From Paraspadella gotoi (lineage: Eukaryota; Animalia; Chaetognatha), in NCBI GenBank assembly GCA_051294375.1, contig CM119266.1:19231657-19295656 (forward strand): a DNA stretch of 64,000 bases. The letters are read 5' to 3'. The notes under the pieces were generated by a model. The model made no database searches and had not been told where the DNA came from. It saw only the letters and a list, made by a program, of their open reading frames with translations. Of this stretch, positions 47,201 to 59,500 are shown piece after piece (the stretch's first letter is position 1; each line of letters opens with the position of its first letter). The position numbers and the translations under genes were made by a program.

Positions 47201-50200
47201 ATTTATAGTGGCCGTGGGCCGCAGTCGGTCTGGTTTGTAATTCTCGTTATCAGCAGTAGTCATGTATTCTAATTGAGTAGTCAGGGGCTCTGGCAGAAAC
47301 AGGTTTCTTGGACGCAGAATCCGTCGGATAACTGGGCGAAAACAGGCACCCTTAAATGGCTTAAGAAGTCTACTAACAAGAGTTTCCGCGAATACACATT
47401 TAGAATAAAGATTTACATAAAACCTTTCAGAAGTATATGGGCCAGTTTGAACAAAGAATAATTTGAGCTGGAGGACTTATTTTTGTTAATTAACTTTTAT
47501 TCTTAACATAAACATTTCTGGGAAAAACTAAAACTTGTTGAAAATGGAAATATAGCACCATTTCTGGTGTAGTGGCAAATTGTATTTGATTAATTTTTAA
47601 AAACTAATATGCCCAGAATTATTACGACTAAATAAATATTCTAGTTTAATGCAACAGTAAATACCTAACTATTTAACAGTGTATTACAATGCGGTATTTA
47701 TCATCGCTGAGTCGTTTTATCCTTTCTAAACAAACATTCTTCGGACATGTCACCCAAAACACTCACTGCCATCTACGATTGAAGAAAATTTCATGCCAAC
47801 ATATTGGTACATAACCCTTTTAACATAAAGTGGCCTATAACAAAGCTGGTCACAATCACACAAATTATGAGCATTTAAACCAAACCCTTAAATTGTAAGC
47901 AAAAAAAAAATAATAAAAAATTGCTTTGGTGATAAATGTCAGATTAAGGCTCGCGGAGAATTTCATTTAAACCTTTGATATTCCAGCTTATTTTTTCTGA
48001 TGGTTATTTTTTTTGGCTTTCCACCACTTTTTATTTGTAACATCCGCACTACCGAAAGTGGGAGCTTTCAATGTAACCATATTAAAAGTACTATACAAAT
48101 TTATAAGTTACAAATAATTCTAATGGTACATATGCATTAACAAATTATAACCAAATTGCCAAAAATTAAAACCTATGTAAATAGATAGATTTCAGCAATC
48201 TAAATCAATGTTGAATCGTCAGAATGCCACATTTCTGTACATAAAAATTCATCACGATTAATAAAGTTGATACTGTGAAGGAAAAAATGGCTATAACATG
48301 CAATAACCCAAAGAAATAAAATTTCAAAAGCCATGAAATGTACTTGAAAATGTAACGTTTTTGCCGCTTTTTCTATTCTCCTGCAAAGACGTGTAAAACC
48401 CATATGAAACAATTATACAATTAAAAAAAAGCTATAAATGGCAATCGCTGGAATGAAATGATTCGGCAGTTTCGAACATCGAGGTTTAGTCATTGACCTA
48501 CTAAAAATTTTACAAATACCTGCGAATTGTAGAGAAAAAAATTAATTAAAATTAAAATTCGATTTCCTGCAACCCGCCCAGAATAGTCACCGACCTTTTC
48601 TTTGTTCGTGTCAATACATTTTTTTCCCTCAAAAGAATTTCATTCATCGGTTTTTTTTGCGACAGAACGCCGAGTGGAAAATATAAAATCCTCTAGCGCA
48701 AGAACTCTAAATTAGGGTTGACATGTTCGGTAGAAATTTGCACGAGGTTGAATTCCCGTGACAGGCGTTGTAGAGTGCATCCATCATTCGCTGATTTCAA
48801 GAGTTTCGACTCTTATCTTGAAGAATCGCCATCATGTTTGTGTCGTTTGTTGTTGAAGATTCTCCTCCAATTCTAGAAACCGAAGAGGAAAAAGAGTATG
48901 AAGCAGAAGGGAATTCAAAATTGGCGCACGTGACAAATTCTTGCAATCCCGTTCACCTTTAAGGTCTCTCGCAGTTTTGTCTTTAGTGTTTTATAAAGAT
49001 TCTCAGCGCGAAATCCTTTAGGGAGTTCGGTCGTTGACGTTCCCATTGCCGACGCCGCCGCCAGCGCCGGAAATATTTCTTGTCGCAATCTCGCGTTTGA
49101 CTTCGTGCGAAACTTTGACTGAATCATCTGCCGTTTGGCGTCTGCTTCCTAGCCGCTGATTCAATCGAAGGAAAAAAAAATTATAAGTAGTAGGGACCAT
49201 TGAGATTTTGGATAATAAATTGTATAATTCATAAAATTAATAATAATAATCCTCTCTCTTCTCTATTTCTCGCTACTAACTTCCTACATTAGGCATGAAA
49301 CATTCGTTCACGCATAAAACAAAATCTGTCTCGATGGTAAAAATAAAAAAAAAAATATTTTTTGGCAACCTAAACCAGTTGACAAAATGAACGAACTAAT
49401 AAGTATTATCTTAAATCAGTGGAACCTAAAGCGAAAGACAGACGCGTCGAACAGAAATTGCGTCGCTAGACAAACCTACCATGTGTGTATGTGAATGTAA
49501 TGAGTATACTTACTTGGTTTATTAACTAACATCGTATAGCGCTCGTTTGGCGGCGGCTTTCAGCACTTGTTGGCGCTTGGTTTTCGTAAATCAACCATCT
49601 TTCTTGAAGATCGTTGACGCGATATTCTCATATCGTTGAGCTTAGCTATCGATTCTGAGACTTTTTGCCTCCGCGATTCACAGTTTCCTTTGTGATCTGA
49701 AATCAGAGAAGCAGTTGTTATGGAAAAATGGTTAGAATTAAAAACCCGAAGAAAACCATAAAATAGGATTTTTACGACTCTTGGTTTAAACGTTGACTTA
49801 ATTTTAGAAGAATAATTACGCAGAGGTTTTTAACAGGCGACGAAAGAATTTAAGCCGCAGCCTTGGCATGTGATCTTGCACTTGCTCCATCTTGGAGTAG
49901 TGGCATTGAGAGCCGCTTCTGCGACCTTTGCTATCTCTTCAGGTGATTTCAATTTGGACAGCGATGCCCGTCGCTTTGCCCTAAAATGTCGGCGCGCACG
50001 GCGGGCCTCGCTCGCCGTATAGGAACCAATTTTTATGCTCTGTGAAGTCAAATTAAATAAAACTAAAATTACATGCGTCAATATAAAAACTGCGGACACA
50101 GATTTACATAAATCAACAAGAGGGAAGTCACCTTCTCTTTTAGTGTTTCAAGCCATTGTGAGATTTAGCTTGCGTTCGCGCCAGAATTGTGTCGATCTTG

Positions 50201-53200
50201 TGAGACTCTTAATGGTTTCGTTGAATCTGGCCGAGCGGGTCATTCGATCTGGCGGCGGGTTTTGGTTGTGGTGATTGCCCAGAGTTTGCTCCACTATCAG
50301 GCGAATGTCTTCCTGGCGTCGCTGGGCCCAGGATGCCATGAAGTCTTTAATCTGGATGCGCGGGACATAAAAGAGTGATTTTGTATACTTAATTTTGCTA
50401 TCTATCTTTTTTGAAGACCGCAATTCGACGCTTTCCCCCCGCCCCCACCTTCTGAATGAGTTCGTCGGAGAGCGGACCTGGCGGCCCATCGCCTGTCGCG
50501 CGCATCTGCGAAACATTGAGAGGCAACGTTTGGCGGCGTCGTGGGCGTCAGACGCATCTTGATTCGCATCGCGGACTTTGGACAAGTCTCTCGTGCCTCC
50601 GCCTCTTTCGGCTGAGCTCCTCCTCGGCCTTTCCGCGAACTCAACCGCGTCCTGAAAAAGTAAGTTTCTCTGGGTTTGCACTTAGCGTTATTAGATTGTA
50701 AAGTTGTAGCGTAAATAATAATAGTGGTAAAAGTAATAAGTCTGAAAGCTTGCTTATGGTACTATCTTTTTAAAAACACTATAGCCTTGGGCAAGATAGC
50801 TTTTTTTATTAATGAATGTATACATTTTAATATTAAGATTGTACCAATTTCATGCTATAGCGCCGTTTTCAAAATGATTAGAGTTGATTTCTCTCGCGTC
50901 GAATGTACACTTAGCGAATTCTGAGGCGTTCCCGTTACAGGCTCGTCCGGATCCGCAAATCAGGGCTGCTGCAGCCTACGCCGACCGCAGATCGAGCATC
51001 GCAGTTCACCCTCGCGTCGCACGCAAGTCAACCGACTTACTCTGAGAGCTTCGATTCTGAGTCTTCGGCCAAACTCTGGCCAATTTGCAGAAATTACGGG
51101 AATTGCGAACTTTAACAGAAAATGATTAGGATTTAAATTTTAAATCCGAGGTTATGCTTTTTTAAATTACATCCCCGCAACCGCTGACGGCTGAACTGTG
51201 TTCAAATTATCGATGTTCTCCTGATATACGCCGCTCGAATTGATGCCGAATTCGGCGCGCGCAACAAAGCTTCTCGACGCATCGCGACGAAACGCCTCCT
51301 GGAATAAAAAAAAAAAAGGCGGCGATTGAACATGTATTTTTAAAATTATTTACTTTTTACTATTTATCGAAATTTTCCTGTCTCTCCCTATGAAATGAAT
51401 GCCACCCTTATGCAATTACTATAATTAAGCCATTCGCCCATTTTGATTTAAATAAATCGATACATCTCATTTTGTCGTCAATTTTGATGTCGACCACCCC
51501 ACTAAACATAAGACCAAATGACTTAACTTCCGACTGCCTGACGATGTTGTGGCACTTGACGTATTCGCTGTTCAGCCCTGTCAGATTTGGCTTTGCCTTT
51601 CCTGAATGATTTTGAATGCGGAATCAATTCAAGAATCGCGTTCGCTGAACCGAATCCAATGTCGGACGAGATGTCGGCGCCGACGTTTGGAGTCCTCCAA
51701 AGGCGACTCCATGGTTTCGGAGCTTAAAGATTGTGAATAAATACTAGAAATAAAAACGCAATGATACGTTATCAGGCATTTAAATACATCGACGTCGATA
51801 CGTCAGAGCGTGCAAAATAGTGATTCCGCGCGAGCCATCGGAAGAACGACGAAATTACGGAATAATAATTTATTTGTATACTTGGTACTATATATGTATT
51901 TTCTTCTTCGCTATAAGCGAGGAAAATTTCAATCTATTTCGTTCTCTCTCTTCTCTCAACCTTTTTGTCTGTTGGCGTCCGATCTCGTTTGATGTCTTCA
52001 AATCCTGAAGTCCTTGATCGCTCTCCTCCTGTCCACAGAAAAAGCAAATTTTAAAAAAGAAGAGAGAAAAAGTGTAAACATCTCTTAAGGAATTTCTTTC
52101 TTACCTTTCATTCCCAAACGGTTCATCAATTAAAAGTTGAGGAGAAAGGGTGAGAATAAAAGAGTTTTAAAAAAGACGAAAATGCCGAAAAAAAAAAAAA
52201 AATAACGACAACAAAAAAAGCAAATTCCCCGGGGAAAGTGCCAGGCGAGACAAATGAAAAAAAAAAAAAAAAAAAAACTAAGAAAAATGAAAGAAAAGAA
52301 ATTTGGTGACGAAAGTAATTTTTTATTCGGATCGTTCTTTGCCTGACCTCAGACTTAAGTTGGTCTTTGATTTCTGCAATATTGTCTTTTGAGGTCATCC
52401 AAGTCGTCTTCGCTGCTTGGACTCGAATCCCAAGATTCGTCTTCACGGCCGCGCTTAATTTCTCCTCCAGTTCTCTGAAGTTGGCGCTCGTAACTTCCGG
52501 TGGCGAGTTGTCGCGGAGTTCTCGCCACTCTGAGTCAAGACTCTCGTCTCGTTTTCAAACCCTTAATTTAAAAAAACAGAAAAAAAAGAAAATCATTTAT
52601 TTCTTTTGCCACTAAAGGTGATGTTTGGAGAAAAAAATCTTATTATGTTGATCTCTGTGACGAATTGTAGGAAATTATAATAACTTTCGCCTCCGTAATC
52701 ATAGCTTGGACAGCTGAGTACCTACCGGAGCCTGAGTTCGCGGCTCAATCGCCTTCGCAGTCCACGGCTTGTTAAGTGTGATGGTGCTACGCGTAGACAC
52801 GCCCAGTAAACATGGGGTGGTCACGTGCAGGTCGCAAGCCCTGAGCCCCGGGCATCACACACACTTCCGCCCGATTCAATAACATAAATTACATGGCGTA
52901 AATAATGTTTTGGGATCGAGGCTATATGGACGCACAAAACTGAATATTCGATCCCAATTATCGAAGCATTCTCCCGCAAGGCTGACAGTTTGGGCAGACG
53001 ACCCTGTCGTCCCGCGATCGCTCGGTCGCACAGATATCCGCAAACGCCCGTCTTGAAGATCGACACTGTCCGTTTGACTCGCATTTGTGTCTGCACGTGA
53101 TCCGCGGAGTCGGCAGTAGCATAGCTGGAAGGTATTTTCGACTTACATGAAGGATGATTGATGATTGATTGGATTGATTAAATTCAATTTGTGACCAGAT

Positions 53201-53593
53201 TGGTATTAACGATATACACTCACAGCTTGCATTCTCGTCTCGCGGTCGCCCCAGTAATGAATCTGCAGTCGAGCAAGTCCTGCCCCTCGCTAGGGAGGCA
53301 CTGCATTGGCCGGTGCTCGTTGCATTGTTGCCGTGATTAAACAGAAAATTTGAGGAGCAAGTGAAGTCAAAGGACGACGTAACAAACTACCATCACATCT
53401 GAGACCCTGAAGGGTCGCAGTCGCAAGCCTCGCATCGGCACCCGATTGCGATCTTCCAATGATTTCTCTGGCACATTGATGTTGCATTGGCGTCCACCAC
53501 ATTGGGGAGGCAGCGGCCATTGGCCTTGAAAAGTGACAGGTGAATCTTACATGTGTCTAGTGGTTGAGGAGTCGAGAGGGGGGAGTAGAGATG

Positions 53594-53656
<63 letters not shown>

Positions 53657-54290
53657 TAGAAATGAGAAAGATAAACGGAAAACCGTATATTCATCTGCAC
53701 GGTTCTTTCTAATCGGCAATTTTTGTAATTCGGACTTGCAGCGGTGCCAAAGATTACGTCGCACATCTGCATCCTGTCGTCTGGCGTCTGCCCCAATCAA
53801 CTGGCTGGGAGGTCCGGCAGTTGGGAAGCCCCCCAACTTCCCTGGTTTGTTTATTTGGGGCCCCCCCCATTTGAGACACCGACCATTGTTACGTCACAAG
53901 ATCTGAAGAAAACGAGAGAACGATGAATCTTTCGAGTCAGAAGTGGTTGGGACATTTTACATAATTATATTGGTTGTACCAATATTTTATAACAGTCAAC
54001 TCCTCGGAATTTCTTGCTAAAGTTGAGTACATATAGTATACCGCTAATACTTGAGGGAGTGGTTCTTTTATATGTTGAAACATTTTTTAATAGGTGGCCC
54101 GGTACTTGGAGACTGAGAGTTTTGTTAAAAGTTAAAAGATTTGCAGGGTCCTATATATTATACATTGCAGAGAGATGGAGGGCTTTACCAAGCATTGCCT
54201 GTTCGCAACGCTCAGGATCGCTCATTTATTAAACGAATGAATATTTTTTATATTGGATTGTACTATTTTATTGATAGAACACCGTGGTCG
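44237..54290 (-). repeat. Indel-rich inverted copy of ~33490-44144 (3' laminin exons and downstream DNA), probable fold-back/gap-fill artefact
   Basis: Reverse-complement matches, for example 48715-48875 with the last laminin exon, 53881-53925 with 33865-33907, and 45241-45310 with 42545-42610. Frequent insertions, 25-N gaps at the centre, and junk sequence at the outer end. Confidence 0.92.
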
Positions 54291-56562
54291 GCAAATATTC
54301 ACAAAGTTGCGCTATATTTCACTCTTGTCCGATGTCCGGGGCATTTACCACATTCCCGGTGAAAAAAAACATTCCAAGATCTTTGGTTATTCCATTGACG
54401 CCGGACCGGGCCATTTGTGGAGGAAAGTCGTCATTCGGGAGATTGGTGCGGTTGTGGCGACGAAAGGATTTGTTTGTGCCACAAATGGTGGGCGGATTTA
54501 ATAAACTTTGTGTAATATGAAGGTGATGGTCGATTTATATCCTTGTTTTGGAGGGAATAAGTGGCCGTAAGAGGGTTTTAACAAATTGCTCTAGCCTGAG
54601 AATTTACGGAAAATAAATGGAGCCAATCCTTTATTCAATAACCCTAATATAATCCTCGAATTCTTAACCTTAAATCGCAATCTTTAACCTTAAATTAAAT
54701 CCTAATACTAATTCAAACTCTCTAACCTATTCTTCATACGTGAATAAGGCATAATACATGCACATTCAAACGCATTCACAAAATAAACGAAAATACTAAC
54801 CGCTCACTTACCAGGCAGCAGACAGTACTGAATAACAAAACCCTAATCCCCCTAAAAAACTAATATTTCTTCCTAACCAGCCCCTCTCACCGGAATCTTT
54901 AAAACCAGATCGGTGGGGGCGGCGGGGCGGCGCGGGGGAAGGCGGGGGGGCGGAAAATTAACAACAACCTCCACTCTTACTATCACTAAAATACTAAAAC
55001 TAATCATCCAATGCAAAAAATAACACAATACAACTAACTTTAATAATACATAAGTCACCATTATATACGTGATCCCAAACATGCCAAAACACGCCAAAAC
55101 TATATGGTTTCGCCCAAAAACAATCTCTTAAACACTAATCTAGAAAGCGCAACATTAATCATCAAATGCATTATAAAAACCAAAAAAAACAAAATTTCAT
55201 TCTCAAATAAAGCTCAAACAGGGCGCTTTAAGAAAAATGGACAATTTGATTAAACAGACATAGATCGGAATATTTTTGAAAATTATAGATTAACACGTTA
55301 ATTGATTAGTTTAATAATGTTACCATTAACATTTGAATTTGGTTGGATGTCGCTTGACTTCAAGTGTTTTTTTTTTAAGTTGAGAAGAAGATTTCAAAAC
55401 CTTTGGATGAAATAAACTTTTTTTTTTGGACTCAGAAAATCATCAAAAGTTTTAATTTTTTTTAAAAAAGATCTGAGAAATTTTTAAGCTCTTTCTTCAA
55501 CTGGGTAAAAATAATTTTAATCTAAACGTTCATCGAAGAGTAAACTATTAAAAAGTGCTACGTCTAAATATTAAAATTTAAGTTAGGGAGCGATTATTTT
55601 TTTTTAGGTACGTAAACCTAAAGCGAAGGGTTCTTTTTTTGGTTAATTCATATGGAAGGCTGTTGTTATTTTTTTTTTTTGTCCGGAGAAGAGGGGAGGA
55701 AAAAATCAAAGTTCGAGTTTTTCATCAAAACGTAAAACCTTTTAGCGAAGCCGAAATTGACAAAAGAAATCACATTTTGATATTACAAAAAAAAAAAAAA
55801 ACAAAAAAATTCAACCTTATTTATAAGCTTTTCCAAAAGTTTTCTTCTGTTCAATCACGAAATTTAAAATAAAAGTTTTTTCGTTATAATCATTCCCCCT
55901 TTTTATTTCAGAAAAAAATGAGCGACGATCTACGTTCCAAATTTCTGATCACTGAAAAGAAAACTGGAAAGAATGAAGAAAACAAACAGTACTCGACCAA
56001 CAACAAACCTAAGCAATAACCATAAGGTTGATCGTTTATTATAGGATTCACTGTGTGCGATTGTACGTTCTACGAAACAAGTAAAATTCGAGCCCTTTAT
56101 TCGCGAATGTGATCGTCCACTTTCTCCGAATTCGTCGTCATCGTTGCCGTCAACCCTTTGTTCATCCTAACCAACCGATACAAGTTTTTTGGATTGCCCT
56201 AACCAATAATTATGTAAAAAAAAAAGGAAGGGCCGAATTGTCGCGCTTTGCATTCGAGAGGCAGTCAAACGATGGACCAATCGCGAACTGATTCAACGAA
56301 CCATATCGACTTGAGAATCCGCCACAATGACGTCGCGTGGAATTAAAATGAGCCAACGAGCGGTTAAGAAAACGGAGGCCATGACGACGTCGGCGATGAA
56401 ACTCTCTAATGGGACCGTTCCATTTAAAATCCCGCCCGCGATCCAATAAAGGATAAATCTACATCGAACGACACGGGAGGAACGAGAACTGATACAAAGA
56501 AATCCAAAGCGAAATTCGGCGACAAATTTGGCGTCAATAGAATTTATATAAACGGAGAAGAC

Positions 56563-59500
56563 TTGACTTACGAGGTGTCGACGAACCTAAGGACGGCCGT
56601 CGTCACCGAGAAAGTCACTTGCTCGGACATTTTCATCGACGAACCGACGAGCGAGGATTTTTCAAAGAAAATGAACGGAAACGAGACTCAACCTCATGAC
56701 CTGTTGTCGACTGTAGACGACGGTGTAGTCGAAAAGAACGAGGAAAAAAACGACGACGACGACAATAACAACAACAACGAACCTGCGAATGAAGGAACCG
56801 TTTCATTTAAAACTCGTTCGCCCAAAGGTTTTCCCGACGTGAAGGCAATCATCAAAAGCTTTTCTCGCGCGGGAAAATCTTCTCAATCTGAACGAAATTA
56901 CTTTCAATTCCCGAGTCTTAAGTCGCCACAATCAAAGCCAAACAAAGCAATTACAACGGATTTAAATTCAAACGAACAAACTGAAATGAAATTTGAAGAC
57001 ACGAAAGTTGCAAATTTGGAGAAACTACGAAATGGCGTCACAAACGAATCCAGCCGAGCTCTTCGCTTGTCCAAGGACGTTCCTGCCGAAAATCCCGACA
57101 GAGAAATTTCGACGATTCAGGTCTCGAGCCCTGAGTCAGGAGATATGGTGACACTTGGTCACCCAATCAGTGGAAACCAATTCGTCTCCCTGCTCTGCGT
57201 ACCGATCAACAGTGATGATCAGCGAAGAGTTTCGAAACCAGGGATGGCCTTGAGAAAGCCTAAATCTGCGGAAGCGAATCAACGGCGGCAAAATGTTGAA
57301 GTCTTTGACAGTCACTCGGACGAGTCTTTCGAAAATCTCCTGGCGACGAGCTCCTTGATGAACAGCGTAGCCGACTCGCGCGAGGGCGAAGACGTGTCAG
57401 CGACAGAAGCAAAGAACTACGAGGCTATCAACTCCGGCGTCCCGATCGAGGATCGCACGTCGATTCAGGCGCCATCACGACGATATTCACAGCTCGTCTT
57501 CGTCTCTGATTCTTCTTCCTCAAGCGACAAATCACTCGAATGGTGTTCCAATTACGAGGTCGGAGTCAAGCAGATGACAGATCAGGGCGGGGCGAGCACC
57601 ACCACGCGGCGAAACAGCGTAATATCGACTGGCAACTCGGAAAACGTCGTTGGTCGATCATCCAATGGGAAGATGACGAGTCCGTCGTCGACCGAGCTGA
57701 CGGAGATTATGAAAAAAGAAATAAAGACAGAACTTGATCCTTATCTCGACGAAATCAGAGCGAAAATCTGGTTGACTGCGTCGTCATTTGCCGGAAAGGA
57801 TTCGGCGGAAGAAGCGACTCCAATTCAAGAGGCGCTGAAGATGATGCATCTCGACAACGAAAATCCAGCGAGCGAACGAAGCGTAAGAAGAGATTTCACG
57901 ACCGGAATAGAGCCGACATACAAGGCTAAGGAAATAAAGCGAGATGCTGCAAGAATCGCGCCAGTTCTTCACCTCAATTCTGCGATGCAGTCGTTGGACG
58001 ACGTCGCCTTTCCTACGTCAGAAATTGAAGACGATTCGGACGCAGAATCCAAGAAGAGCAATACTAAAGACAAAGGAACATTTCCGGCGGGCAATTCGAA
58101 TTCACCTGGAAGTCGCAAAAGCGGATCCATCGATGTTTACTTGAAACCGCAAAACGGTTCGACTAACAGTTCTCCCCTCTCGTACCGTGGAATCAATCAC
58201 GCTTCAATCAACAGTTCTCCCCTCTCGCCCCGTAGAATCAATCACGCTTCGACTAACAGTTTTCCTTACGATAAGAGTTCAACTAACAGTTCGCCTTTTT
58301 CTCAAATTCCTAATATTCCACTGCCATTATTTCTGCAGTCGGGTGAGGATGAAAACCGCTTGGTGGAAACGCTTCATGCGGAATACACGGCGTTGCTGGT
58401 GGAACACGCGCGGGCCAAGAATCTCATTGATCAGCTAAAGATCGGGACCAGAGTTAACCTCACGACGGTGGAAGAGAACGACGCCGAGGATAGTTGCTCT
58501 GTGATGCCGGATGGGAAGAAGCAAAATGAGAGGCGGAGCGACGAAAACGTCTTTCGATCCTATGAAGACCACATCGAGGACGGTGACGTTACGGACGAAG
58601 TTAGGAAGCCGTTCGCTACTCCGAAAGACGTCGCCGTGTCGGAATGGCTCGAGACTCTCCCCCATCCCGACTCGTCTTTTTCAAAAAATGAGAATCTCTC
58701 CTCACAAATCAATGAAGTCGAGGAAAAGATCGATACCCTCATGATTCTTCTTCAAACGCAGAACGTTTCTCATGAAGAGAGGGATAAGATTCACGCGATG
58801 ATCAGATCCGATCTGAAGGAATTGTCAAAAAGATTCCAGGATAGCTTGTTCAATTCCACGCTGGACGAAACTAATCAGAGGACCAAAGCTGAGCTAAGAC
58901 ATAGACTGACCAGAATCGAAGCCAAGTTGGAAGACACTTATCAGTTCGTCGTAGGACAACAAGGACCTGCTACACTTAACGCTTGTTCTAAAGGGAATGA
59001 AACGAATTTCGATAGGGGTAACCACCTAAACTACGAATTTGGCATCGAATCCGAAAACAGGATACCAGATCCGCCTCTCAACATCGTTAAATCCGATTCT
59101 TCGACACCAGTCAAATGCGCTTCTTGTCATCGGGACCAAGAATTCTTCGGTTCGTACTACAGAACCAAAACGAGTCCTGTCGTCGACGAAAGTCTTTTTT
59201 ATGCTCCTTCGCCCCTAAAAAATTGGACACCTTCACCCCGGTCGACCAACGAAAGGCGTGGCCAAGAATCGCCAAGCTTGAGACTTAGAGAAAGATCGGG
59301 TCTTTCACCCAAAGAGGAGAGCGAAAAAGAGAAAGATCGGGACAGCGGGTTCGTCGGTTCAGAAAATCGTTTTTCATCTCAGGACTGGACTCATTCGTTG
59401 CCAAGGCGACGGCGCTACGAAAAAAGCGAAAGGGGAAAATACCGTCGCAACACAATCGCAGACAGTGTGCTTTCTGTCGAACCACGCCCGTTGCTTGATG

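Noticed and set aside
48715-53900. Second laminin beta gene or pseudogene on the minus strand
   Set aside because: Introns are as similar as exons and differences are nearly all indels. Best explained as the artefactual inverted copy.
54290-55200. ORFs and GC-rich patch between the inverted arm and AKNA
   Set aside because: Compositionally erratic junction sequence with no recognisable motif, probably read noise at a chimeric join.
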